From: the human T2T-CHM13v2.0 reference genome, Homo sapiens
DNA length: 64,000 nt
Assembly (NCBI RefSeq): GCF_009914755.1
Contig: NC_060932.1
Reading direction: 5' to 3' (one strand)
Of this stretch, positions 26,817 through 45,155 are shown in pieces; the first letter of the stretch is position 1; every line of letters starts with the position of its first letter. A program made the position numbers and the translations under genes. Under the pieces are notes generated by a model. That model made no database searches, was not told the origin of the DNA, and worked only from the letters and a program-made list of their open reading frames with translations.

Positions 26817-28238
26817 GTAAGTAGTTGGTGTTTTCCTGGTTATTTGTGATTTTGCTGTATTAATTCTGTGTTAACTTATTTATAGAGGACAACTACTTTT
26901 TTACTTGCATGAGTGAGTTATTAATGGAACCAGTGTAACATTGTGAAAGTAGTACAGGACTGAGTCATGCATGATGTGTTTGACCAGTGGTTCAATTACT
27001 TAATTAGCTTTTTCCCTTTAAGTATGAAGTGTAATAATGTGTTAATATCATGTGCATTAACTTGAATATCTGCTTACAGACCTTGAAATGCCTATGTGCA
27101 GTGAAATATTTAAACAAACAGTGTCTAAGCATGATGTATCTTGTTCTACTAACTTTCATGGTCAGTTTTTCCTGGTCCCTGGCTTCTATTTATTGGCTCT
27201 CTTTTTGCCATGGCTGGGCTGCCTTAGATCACATTCACATCTCTGAGTGAATTCATCTTTTACATAGTGATTAATCAGAGCAAGAATATTAAATATCTTG
27301 TTGGTACTTTCATGCTCTCCTCCAGGCAAAATATGTTAATGAGCTTTGAGTTTCTCCACATAGATATGGTCTCTCAAGCCTTGTCAAGCCTTTGTGTTTC
27401 TGACTCAATCACCAGATGATAGATCTACTATATAATATTCTGTGTAATTTCTGGACATTTTTGCTAGTCTTTCTTTTGTTAAAATTCACCTTGTCCTTTT
27501 CTCCTTCTGACTGTAATAGTGGCTTTATAGAATATGTATGATATTCTAAATGTAACATCCAGAATTCTTTATTTAGGACAGATGGATGTTCTTAGCCTAG
27601 AGTTCAAAGTTGAGCCTTAGTTACAAGAATCTATAAATCACAAAATTATATTAAAAATTAGAGAATCATTAGATTTTCAAAGGGATCTGTGTTTCCTCCC
27701 ACCTCCAAAATATTGAGATCTATTGTTTAAAGGCTCCCTAAGCTTATGGAAATGCTACTAAAAATTAATCAGAATTACACCAAATATACTAAAGGCAAAT
27801 TTATTTTTTTAATATCTAGATGTGCTGACTTAACGTCAGAATTCCATTTTTTATCTTAATACTCTTAGAACTAATCTATAAGGCCTTAAAAATCTAGAGA
27901 GCTAGCTTGGAAGAAAGAATTTACCAAATAAGTTGTACTTGAGTTGAATAACTTGAACTCAGTTATATTCTTTTCTACATAGAACTTAAAATTTCTGATC
28001 ATGTATTAGTTAATTAATTAAATTAATCTTAAGTAAATATGTGATTACACATTAACCATTTAGTTAATTAAATATTAAATGCCCTCTGCAAGTGAGGTGC
28101 CAGATATTTGGGGAATATATGCATGAATAACAAATTTGATGGGTGATTGACATGCATAATATTTATAAAATAATATATGGATTATGAGAAAAGAACAAAA
28201 AGTGCTCTAGCAGATCAAAACAAATAATTCATGTCTAA

Positions 28239-28560
<322 letters not shown>

Positions 28561-30493
28561 AGGGCCAGTATCTTTTAATGTAGATGAAGGTAGTTATCAA
28601 AAACTGCTCTGGAAATTGTATTTTATTTGTAAAGAATGCTTTTGTTTGACATTGAAGTAGGTTTTTAATTTCAATTATTATTTGATCGAGTAAAGAAAAT
28701 AATAGATGATTTAAAAGAAATTTTGAATATCATATTTTTAATCAACAGTGAGCACAAGACACTGATATTGTTGGCTGGAGTGTTGAATATAGTTTAGGGG
28801 TTACGGTGAGATAAGAGGGAAAATGTTTAGGCTATACTGTAGAGATCTTAAAATTTTATATTTAAGTTTATAGATAATTAGTGGAGACCTTAGCTCAAAA
28901 GTATAAAGTGGCTATAATTTCCCTTTGAGAAAGTTAATCAGATAGAGCTATATAGGACACATTTGAGCCAGGGCCAGTATGTTAGCAGGTTACTGTAATA
29001 AAATTCTTGACAAGTGCATATGCGAACTATAAGTAATTGGTAGCATGCTTGAAGCGGTAAATAAAGTTTATTTTTCTGCCTCTTAGGAGATAAATATTGT
29101 ATTGGACGATATTTAACTTGACTATTGGGTAAGAATCCATAAGATCATGATAATGCAGGTCATATTAGCATTAAAGATTTATTTTATATCTTCTGAGAGT
29201 GAAGATGGAAGAATTTGCCTCAATTATAAGGCAAACTACCCAATTTATCAGATTCAGGTTAACTGTGCATTTGTTTTCTGCATTTTGTTCTGTAAATTCT
29301 CTGAATGTGTTTCTATCACTGCTTCTGTCCACTTTATTTTAATTAGCAGGTTTCATTTCTGCCTTCTACTCTTCATTCAGGCTTCTTTAGAACAGGTAGC
29401 CATGTTCAAATTCTTCTTCGAATGTATAGAGCCTAGAGCATAGTATGTAACACGTAGTAGACCTTAATAACTACGATGATTCAAGAGGGATTTCAGGTCT
29501 TTTTTTTTTGTACCATTTCCATTTTTAATGACCCAAAAAGTAATTATTACTTTCAAGGAAATGAAAGTTATAAGAAGCAGCACAGATGTTAATATAGGTC
29601 ATATCAGGATGTGCTGTTTATTAGTTGTATGAACTTGAAAAACTCACTCAACCTCTCTGAGCTCCAATTTTTTCACCTTTGAAGAGTTTTGAATGCATGC
29701 ATTAAATGGTTTATTTATATATTAAAATAGAAGCTACCACTTATCAAGTGCTGGCTGCGCCCTGTGACTATGCTAATAACCTTATATACTTTATCTTACT
29801 TAATCCTTTTACCCTATGAAATGGATGTTATTATCCCCATTTTCCAGGTCAGAGAACTGACCCTTAGAGAAGTCAAGTAACTCACTCATGGACAAGGACA
29901 TATAGGTAGAAAATGAAGTCAGAATTCAAATTCTGATCATTTTATTCCTGAACCCATGGTCTAGATTAACCATTAAGGTTGATAATATATGCCTAGCATA
30001 AAGTATATTTTCAACAAATGATAGTTACAATAAAGCTGGTTTCGATATGGAAGGACAATTTTTAAAATTTAATTTTGATACAGTAGGTGAGAAGTAGATC
30101 TGGCAATCTGTGAATATAATCTAAGGCTGTTCCCCTGTTGTTTTCCAGCCTTGTATTTGTCCTTCATTCACCCTCTTTCATTCAGATTTACTTGTTAGTT
30201 AAAATTACCCTTTGAGAGAAGTAAATTAATAAATCACAACATTAAAAAAATGGAATCAATAAATATTTGTTGATTAAATGTTCACGAAACTACTTCTGGT
30301 CCACAGCATTGCTTTAGAAATAGCTTTAATTGCAACATATATTTCATGAAGTTCATTACTTAAGAATTAAATTGAAATCTTGCTTTTCTTTTAGGTAATA
30401 TTCTCACTATTAAGCTTTTCCTATTGTTGAGGTTTCTAGAGGAAGAAAGTATAGTAAAATAGAGAATTTTAAAGTAATTTTTGTTATTTGCAG

Positions 30494-30572
30494 GCATTTA
30501 GATCATCACAAACTGTGGGATCCCAATGAATTTGCAGTTCACTGCTTTAAAATTATAATGTATTCCATTCAG
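30494..30572 (+). CDS. EFR3A: EFR3A exon 8 (79 nt): HLDHHKLWDPNEFAVHCFKIIMYSIQ
   Basis: tttgcag|G ... CAG|gtaagg; phase 2-0. Confidence 0.96.
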
Positions 30573-31129
30573 GTAAGGTTTGATTAACTATTTACTGTAT
30601 TTATATAAGTAATTTTGGTTCTCTATGGATAAGCACATTATCAAACAGATGTGGGAAGCTGTAGGATATAAATCATTGCTCTTAATTTAGCTCTTTTGTC
30701 TCATTCATTTTCATTTGCTACTTATTTTCTTATTTGCCAAGATAAAAAGATAGATCTAATAAAAATAACTAAATCATTCTATCACGGTTCCCCTCAGAGC
30801 CAAGGCCAACACAGACAAGCTTCTTGACAGTCTCCTGCTATCCCCTGATTCATTGAGGGTGTTGTCTTTTAGGGGTTCCGAATTATCACAGGGATTTCTA
30901 ATCTCATAGCCTTCCTTTCCCGGATGGGCCCTAAGCTTTGTATCTAGTCTCCTATGTATACAACCATTTAAATGAGTAGCTTTGGGCACTGGAAAGCTGA
31001 AGATTTGCCTGGGACTGCTGCTGGCTTCAGTGTGCACTTGCCTTTCCAGATGCTTACCTTCTTGTGGAGTTTAGACTAAGGGACTTTCCTTTCTTGTCAT
31101 TTTATGTGGATATCAGAAAGTCTTACATA

Positions 31130-31360
31130 TAGCTGATCCTTGAATAACATGAGTTTCAACTGTGCAGGTCCACTTATAGTATAGATTTTTTTTTTCCAAC
31201 AAAATGCAGATCCTAAATCTATTATTTGTCGGATTCAAAACCCCACGTATATGGGGGCTGATTTTTTTCCTCACAGGGCCAACTGCAGGACTTGAATATG
31301 TGCAGATTTTGGTATGGGGTGGGGCTGGAACCTATCCCCAAGTATATCAAGGGATAGCTA
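31130..31360 (+). mobile_element. MER8 (Tigger family) MITE
   Basis: ccttgaataacatgagtttcaactgtgcaggtccactta...cagggccaactgcaggacttg; TA flanks. Confidence 0.82.
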
Positions 31361-31719
31361 TAGTCTAGTATTTTACTATTGTTTTATGACAGGGTTTGGC
31401 AATTTGGGAAAACATGTATAATATTTCTGGAAATGGTAGTATATACTAGAATAAGAATTTCTGTGTATTATCATTGTACAATTAAAACTTTGGATAGCTT
31501 TGAGTGTTTTAGTTACCATTTACCATAAAATTGGTGCAGGTATCATTCTTAGGTAATATTTCACCCTCTCTCCATAAAACAAACAAACTGGTCTTGACCA
31601 GGATTTATATCCTTAAGGGTTTACATAGTTTCAAATATAGTAAGGCATTTCTGGTAAAGGGAAAGTATTTTACTTAAAGCCTATCTTTTGTGCTAAATTT
31701 ATTTCTTGAGGGTAATAAG

Positions 31720-31776
31720 ATGTGATTAAGAGTTGTACTCTGGGATCAGACAGAGTTCACTATTAGGCTCTTCCTT
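31720..31776 (+). mobile_element. MIR 5' part (split by the L1PA; continues about 37165-37290)
   Basis: gattaagagttgtactctgggatcagacag on the left and tgaccttagacaagttact...cctacctcctag...cttagaagagtgcc on the right join into a MIR-like sequence. Confidence 0.65.
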
Positions 31777-32013
31777 AAGAGTTTCTGCAGGCAGCAACAT
31801 TTGCTGTTCACCTGTATTCACTGTTCTGCAGCCTCCGCTGCTGATACCCAGGCAAACAGGGTCTGGAGTGGACCTCTGGCGAACTCCCAACAGACCTGCA
31901 GCTGAGGGTCCTGACTGTTAGAAGGAAAGCTAACAAACAGAAAGGACATCCACACCAAAACCCCATCTTTACGTCACCATCATAAAAGACCAAAGGTAGA
32001 TAAAACCACAAAG

Positions 32014-33027
32014 ATGGGGAAAAACAGAGCAGAAAAACTGAAAATTCTAAAAATCAGAGCGCCTCTCCTCCTCCAAAGGAATGCAGCTCCTCACCAGCAA
32101 TGGAACAAAGCTGGATGGAGAATGACTTTGACAAGTTGAGAGAAGAAGGCTTCAGACGATCAAACTTCTCCGAGCTAAAGGGGGAAGTTCGAACCCATGG
32201 CAAAGAAGTTAAAAACCTTGAAAAAAGATTAGACAAATGGCTAACTAGAATAACCAATGCAGAGAAGTCCTTAAAGGACCTGATGGAGCTGAAAACCACG
32301 GCACGAGAACTACTTGACGAATGCACAAGCTTCAGTAGCCGATTCGATCAACTGGAAGAAAGGTTATCAGTGATGGAAGATCAAATGAATGAAATGAAGC
32401 GAGAAGAGAAGTTTAGAGAAAAAAGAATAAAAAGAAACACACAAAGCCTCCAAGAAATATGGGACTACGTGAAAAGACCAAATCTACGTCTGATTGGTGT
32501 ACCTGAAAGTGACGGGGAGAATGGAACCAAGTTGGAAAACACTGCAGGATATTATCCAGGAGAACTTCCCCAATCTAGCAAGGCAGGCCAGCATTCAGAT
32601 TCAGGAAATACAGAGAATGCCACAAAGATACTCCTCGAGAAGAGCAACTCCAAGACACATAATTGTCAGATTCACCAAAGTTGAAATGAAGGAAAAAATA
32701 TTAAGGGCAGCCAGAGAGAAAGGTCGGGTTACCCACAAAGGGAAGCCCATCAGAGTAACAGCGGATCTCTTGGCAGAAACTCTACAAGCCAGAAGAGAGT
32801 GGGGGCCAATATTCAACATTCTTAAAGAAAAGAATTTTCAACCCAGAATTTCATATCCAGCCAAACTAAGCTTCATAAGTGAAGGAGAAATAAAATACTC
32901 TACAGACAAGCAAATGCTGAGAGATTTTGTCACCACCAGGCCTGCCTTACAAGAGCTCCTGAAGGAAGCACTAAACATGGAAAGGAACAACCGGTACCAG
33001 CCACTGCAAAAACATGCCAAATTGTAA
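32014..33027 (+). pseudogene. L1 ORF1p remnant (frameshifted)
   Basis: ATG 32014 followed by a 1-nt deletion in the A run; second frameshift near 32540; ends ...QPLQKHAKL*. Confidence 0.93.
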
Positions 33028-33090
33028 AGACCATCGAGGCTAGGAAGAAACTGCATCAACTAACGAGCAAAATCACCAGCTAACATCATA

Positions 33091-36915
<3,825 letters not shown>

Positions 36916-37852
36916 ACAGTGAGAACACATGGACACAGGAAGGGGAACATCACACACTGGGGCCTGTTGTGGGGTGGGGTGAGGGGGAAGGGATAGCATT
37001 AGGAGATATACCTAACGTAAATGACGAGTTAATGGGTGCAGCACACCAACATGGCACATGTATACATATGTCACAAACCTGCACATTGTGCACATGTACC
37101 CTAAAACTTAAAGTTTAATAAAAAAATAAATAAATAAAAAGCAACAAAAAAAAGAGTTTCTGCATGACCTTAGACAAGTTACTAAAACTTGCCTTATTTA
37201 TACTGTGAAGAGCATGGAGTAATTACGGTGAACCTACCTCCTAGAACTGTTTATGTAAATAATACATATATAGTACTTAGAAGAGTGCCAGTGCTTCTGG
37301 TCACTTCTGAATGAAATGCTCTTTTGTCGTCATTATTGTTATGTTCAATGTTAATAGTCATATATTAGCTCACAAGTCACAAATTGAAAAGTAGTAATAA
37401 TAACTAATACATATTAAGCATTTTTCATACAATAGACACAATTTGGGTGCTTTATACAAATTAACTCATTTAATTGCCCCAAGAATCCTATGAGTAATTG
37501 TTATTGTTTAAATATTGTAGATGAGAGAAACTGAGTTACAGGGAGATTAAATAAAATGCTCTCTTAATCTGAGAGCTATTTAGCTATTAAATGATAGTCA
37601 GAATTCGATCTTGGGCGAGTTTGGCTCCAGGGCTTATGTACTTCACCACCACTGTATTATGTTGCGTCTTAAAGCGATTCATCTGTTAACATTGCCTTAA
37701 ACTTCAGTGTAAGGGCAAATTTTACCATAGGTAAATGAAACCTCAGTACACATGACTTCAACATACTGTATTACGTCTTCTCACTTTCCTTCCTTTCACT
37801 CCATATTCTTTTGTTTAATACATGATATCATTCTTGAGTTGTTCTTTATAAG

Positions 37853-37968
37853 TAGAAAGAACACATGCTCTGGTTTGCTTAGTATAGTCGTACTTTATAA
37901 TTATTGATAATACCTCCTTCACTCTCTGCAGTGTCCCCATTTGGACAATAAATCAAATGGCTACCTTA
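37853..37968 (+). mobile_element. MER81 hAT-Blackjack MITE
   Basis: ctggtttgcttag...ttcactctc...gtgtccccatttggacaataaatcaaatggctacctta. Confidence 0.65.
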
Positions 37969-39208
37969 CCTATAAAGGCAGACTAATAATTGCACAAGGT
38001 TCACACATCAGAAGCATGCAGCTTCCTGGACAAGAAGTTCAGTTTCAGGTTTTGTGTGTGTCTTCCTGCCTAACATTCATCTATTTTAACATAACTTTAA
38101 ATGAAACAAAGTAAAGATGAAAACACAAACTTAGTTTTTACCTTGGGTGATTTTAAAAGTAGATGTGTATTATGACAAAAATTTGAGAAATACCTAGAGA
38201 TGAAATCTGTTACTTGATAGAGAAGGAGGGGAACTTTTTGCTTTTGAGCAGAGTAACCATTATGCATAGGGCACTCCTGCTTCTTATCAAACCACACATT
38301 CCAAAGGAAAGAAAGGTAACCAGCCTGAAAACAGGGCAGAGGGGACCTGTCTGAAGACAAATACAGACAGGGAGATTGAGAGCCACAGGTGCTTTTTACA
38401 GCTTGGTGGATGATAGTAGACCGATCGTGACTCATGGGTGTAAGTGTAGGTTTTAAAAAAACAAAACTTTGCTGTTCTTCAAAAAAAAAAAAAAAACCTA
38501 TTCACTGGAGTTAAGAATAAACATTTTTTTGGCTATCCTTTTTTTGATTTAGGCCCCAATATCATTCACTATGGTTGATCAATTTTATTTATATGTGATA
38601 AAGTTGCCTTTGTTAATTGCACATCTTTTGAGATCTCCTTGATTTAAATTTTGTCAGGTACACATGGATAATATTTTCATTTTGACACTAGCTCTTGATT
38701 AGATGAGTGTTTTGACTCTTTAGCATTGTTAGGTGTCCATGTTAAATAGTATTTATCTAGTTTGGCTATGGGAAAATACTGTGAATGTCATAATTTATGT
38801 TTTTTACAAAATTTTGTCCTATTAAATTATAAAAGTTTATAAATGCACTTTGAAATTACAGAGAAATATAAAGATAATGAAGTTTTCTCATAAATCCCTT
38901 TCTCAGAGGTGGCCAGTGTTAATCTTTTTATATATAATTTTAATTTACTTTTTAAAAACTAGATTGAATTTTATTAAACATAGAATTGTGCAGTATGCTT
39001 TTTTTCACTCAGAGTGTCATAAATATTTTCCAGCATCTCTGTTTATTCTTTAAAAGAATGGCTTTGTATTGTGGCTATTTATTGTCTCATAACATGACCA
39101 CCAGTCACTAATTGGTCATTTACGTGTCAGGTGTTTTTTTTATTCTTAGGAATTCTGCCAAGGTACATGTACTTTTTATACATCTTTGTACTGTTTTGTC
39201 TCCTTCAG

Positions 39209-39344
39209 GCTCAGTATTCTCACCATGTGATCCAGGAGATTCTAGGACACCTTGATGCTCGTAAAAAAGATGCTCCCCGGGTTCGAGCAGGTATTATTCA
39301 GGTTCTGTTAGAGGCTGTTGCCATTGCTGCTAAAGGTTCCATAG
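39209..39344 (+). CDS. EFR3A: EFR3A exon 9 (136 nt): AQYSHHVIQEILGHLDARKKDAPRVRAGIIQVLLEAVAIAAKGSI(G)
   Basis: ctccttcag|GCT ... TAG|gtgagt; phase 0-1. Confidence 0.96.
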
Positions 39345-40214
39345 GTGAGTGCCAATAAATAAAATAAAATAGTGCATTGATCTGGTTCAAAGTGTCCTTT
39401 CAGTATGCATAGCAGTGTATGAAGAACTCTTTAAGAATATTTCTACATATTTTTCGGTGTACAATAATTTTTTTTGAAATTTGGGTTCATGCAATTATTT
39501 TCAGGCTTCTTTAGCACACAGTTAAGTATTTTCCTTCACATCAATTCCTCCTCCCTTTCCTTCTTCTAATAAAGGTTTTTGAGTATTGATTATATACTGA
39601 ACATTGAGAGAATGCAGATACAAGAAACTGATGGTGTACTTGTGATTAGACAGCTCCACCTAATACTGTAATATGTGGCAAGCTTTGATCACATATCATT
39701 TAAAAAGCCAGGGTTTACAGAAGGGAGGGAAAATGGATTAGGATTAGCACAAGCAAAATTTTATGTGGCCCATTTTGGGTAGAATGTATGGTGTTAGTTT
39801 AGAAGTCAGAGAAGTGGCTTTAAAATTAAGTTGTAGCCAAATTGTGGACATAGTTCTTCAGCTGATTAATAGTCCTTAAAGATTTACTGTAATCTTCATG
39901 AGAAATGTGCTATAGGATAATTTTTCTGGCAGCAAAATGTAGGGCACATTAGAAATAACAAGTCAGTGTCATTGTTATATCCATGTGGAAAAGAACTTGC
40001 CCTTGCATGGAAGCAGTAGGAATGACAATGTCAAGTTGATAGGATTTGATAATGGGTTAATGAGAAAAAGGGATAGTTCAAAAATTACGATATTTTACTT
40101 ACATGTAACTACAAAAATGAAATAGTGCATATTAGAAATACAGAAGTTTGAAGGAGAATCTGGTTATGGTTTCTTTGCTTGAAATTCAAAGTGGAAATAT
40201 ATTATCTAATGATA

Positions 40215-40539
40215 TAGTCATCCCTCAGTATCTGCAGGGGATTGGTTCGAGGACCCCTGAGAATACCTAACTCTGCAGGTACTCAAATTCTGTATATAAA
40301 ATGGCGTAGTTTTTGCATATAACCTTTGCACACCCTCCAATATACTTCATATCATCTTTAGATTATTTATAATACCTAATGCAGTGTAAATGCTATGTGA
40401 TTAGTTGTTACACTGTATTGCTTTTTTATTTGTGTGTGTTTTTTTTTTTTATCGTGGGTTTTTTTTTTCCCCCGAATATTTTCAACCCATAGTTGGTTGA
40501 ATCTGTGAATCCAGAACTGCAGATATGGAGGACCAACTG
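40215..40539 (+). mobile_element. MER2 (Tigger family) MITE
   Basis: TIRs tagtcatccctcagtatctgcagg / ctgcagatatggaggaccaactg; TA TSD both sides. Confidence 0.88.
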
Positions 40540-41389
40540 TATTCCTTTGTTCTTTTATTGTCAAATAAAGGTGGGCATCTTGGATGTGAATTTTCTGTTT
40601 TATCTTGTAACTTGAAGAGATAAAACTGGTTATTTAATTGGAAAGTTATTTAATTGCAAATAATGAAATAAAACATAGATGATACATTGAATCATCACAT
40701 CGATTAATGTCTACTGTGTGTTAGGTACTCTGTGCTAGGCTCTATACGTTTGAAGAGGCATTTAAACACGGCTGCCTTTCCTGAAGAAGCTTAAATCAAG
40801 AGTAAAAGGCAGAAATGAAACCCACTAATTAAAATAAAGTGGACAGAAGCAGTGATAGAAACACATGCAGAGGATTTATACAAAAAGCGAGAACAAATGC
40901 AGTTAACCTGAATCTAATAAATTTGGTAGTTTCTGTCTCATAATTGAGGCATATTCTCCCTTCAGTCTCAAAAGATACAAAATAAATATTTGATGCTTCT
41001 GTGAGCTATATTACATAATTTTGTGGATTCTTACCTAGCAGTTAAGTTAAATATTGTCCTAGTACACATTATTGTGAACAGATAAGATTAAATAGTTAGA
41101 AAGTTTTTGGTAATTCTTATATGCCTATACACATTTTTTAAGGGTGGAACCAGAGATTCAAACGGTGAGTTGCTCATAAATGCCCAGTAAATGTTTGTTG
41201 TTATAATGAGTGTCTTTCTTAATTATTTCTCATTTACTCTTTTTTAAAAAAATGAAATAGTTTATAAATTACTATGGATTTCTGACTATTTAGAAAATTA
41301 CAGAAACAATCTGTGGAGAAATAAGGTAATTGACTTCAAATATGCAATACTAGAAACATGTATCTTCTCACATAAGTGATCCTTTATAG

Positions 41390-41557
41390 GTCCGACAGTG
41401 CTGGAAGTCTTCAATACCCTTTTGAAACATCTGCGTCTCAGCGTTGAATTCGAAGCAAATGATTTACAGGGGGGATCTGTAGGCAGTGTCGACTTAAATA
41501 CAAGTTCCAAAGACAATGATGAGAAGATTGTGCAGAATGCTATCATCCAAACAATAG
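41390..41557 (+). CDS. EFR3A: EFR3A exon 10 (168 nt): PTVLEVFNTLLKHLRLSVEFEANDLQGGSVGSVDLNTSSKDNDEKIVQNAIIQTI(G)
   Basis: cctttatag|GT ... TAG|gtgagt; phase 1-1. Confidence 0.96.
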
Positions 41558-41899
41558 GTGAGTACATTTCACTTTTCAAAACTATCATGTAAAACAGTGA
41601 TTTACAAAGCTCTCACATAAGGTCCTGGACTATTATAGTACATTTGTCAAAGATGAATGATAGCTTAAATTTCTGAAAATTTAATTTTCGAAAACAAGCA
41701 AGCATGAGAATGGAACAAAGAACACTATGTTGTTCCATTAAATCTGCAGGACACAAATTCATCTATTGTTGACATTTTATGGCATTTACTTCTTCATTTG
41801 CTTTTACTCTCTTTTTCCTGCATCTCTTCCTCCCTTCTCTCTCTCTCTGTTTCTTTCTCTCCCTATGTGTGTCTCTTTGTGTGTGTATGTATATGTGGG

Positions 41900-43340
<1,441 letters not shown>

Positions 43341-44977
43341 ATATCATATGCTTTTCTTTCTTTTTTAAATTTTCTTTTTTTTTTTTCCTGTCTGTAGTCA
43401 AAGTACAAACAGTGAAGAGCTTCCTTAAGAAAACAGCCATGAGAATTTACAATTTTGGAAATGAAATAATCTGACTGTATAAATACAGATTCAAGCAAGC
43501 AAGCTATTTTTCTAATTTAACTTTTTTCTTTCAATATTTTCTTTAGGATAGCCAGATCATATTTTAATATAACTACCTGGTTGCTATGATAATTTCACAA
43601 TTGGATTGTATTCCTGGGGTCTAGTACCTAATTTCTAACCTAATAATAGTTTCAATTAATAGTAGAGTCATATATAAATTTCTTCTGAAACTGGGCTTAT
43701 GCCTTTTATCTGGGTAATTTTTTCACTTATGGGCTACTTATTTATAATAATCCTTTGGGATACTTAATACAGAGTTTCTCTTGGTCATCTTGTTTTTGAA
43801 GTTTATGGATATGCATACATGCATTTTGCATCTCCATTGACACCACCTATTTATTTATTGGACATATGCGTACACCAGTTCTTGTACTAGGGCCTCATGA
43901 TACATGGGGCTCTCACCTTGTAGAGGCATTTGTTGATCTGCGTGGAGTGGTACCTCTGTTTCATCTAGTTGCAGTCTCATCACATGTCTAGAAATTGTCC
44001 TCATTAAGGGAAATACCCAGGAGTGTCTCATTCAACACACTAACACAAAGTAGGCACTTAAGATTTTGAGATTGACTGAAAAGACAAAATATCATAAACT
44101 CCAACATTACCATGGAGTCATAATAAAGCATAGACATTCTAGTTATTGCTTAAGACAGTTAGTATTAATATATAGTGAACCTCGCTTCTGTGGTGACTTT
44201 CACATTTATTTCGGTTATTTATAGATTTTTTGCGATATTCGAGGATGTTAAATCAGCTAATCTTGTTTTCACAGAATTGATTTACATTGCTTTAATGACT
44301 TCTAATTAATTCAGTGTTACTCTTTCACTCTAGAATATTTAATGTATTGTTTCTTAAGTATTATAAAATGTATATATAGCAGACTCAAGCCATATTTCTG
44401 TGATACAGCACATTCAGAATAACATGTAAGAATTTAAAAATGAGAGGAAAGAAATGCAGTGTGGCACAGTAAGATTTCTCTTTTAAAATCAAACTTTAAA
44501 AAAAAATCTGGTTTCCTTAATAGTTTCCTTTTTAATTTCTCAGTATTCTGGCAGTTGTCAGATCATGGCGTTATTCCTGTCGGTGGGCCATGGAACAGGG
44601 CTGCTATAGCTTTTGCACTTTAAGTTATCAGGCTGTTGGCCAACTTCTCTTTCTTTTAAAATAGTGAAGAACATAGCTACCTGCTGTGTTCTTTTCTTCT
44701 GGGCTCATTTCTGTTCACTAGTTCAAATACAAACAGTAGGTATAGTGAATGAGATGCTTTTGGTGACTTTATCCTTAGAGTTAATCATGTTGAAGACTCC
44801 TACCCAATTTTAAGTTAAAAAAAAATCAAAGCAATTCTAAAGCATATATTAGTTGCATTTCTTTCCTACTATTATTATTTTTAGGTCTTTAATAGTCGTT
44901 TGTCTAATTAACATCAGAGATAGTGGACTCAGTTGACCATATACTTGGGAGACAAAAATAAGAGTTTTTCCTTAGGA

Positions 44978-45155
44978 CAGTGGTTCTTAACTTTGTTGAA
45001 CGTTGAAATTACCTCAGGATCTTAGAAAAGTACTGATGCTTGGACTCCCACCCCCAGATATTCTGACTTAATTACTTTGGTATGTAACCTATGCATCAGC
45101 ATGTTAAAAGCTCCCCTAGGTAATTATAATATGCAGCAAAGCTTGGGAACCACTG
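44978..45155 (+). mobile_element. MER5A1-like hAT MITE
   Basis: TIRs cagtggttctt / gggaaccactg. Confidence 0.8.

Noticed and set aside
39150-39162. 13-nt microexon ag|GAATTCTGCCAAG|gtacat
   Set aside because: The remaining intron to exon 9 would be only 46 nt, too short for normal human splicing
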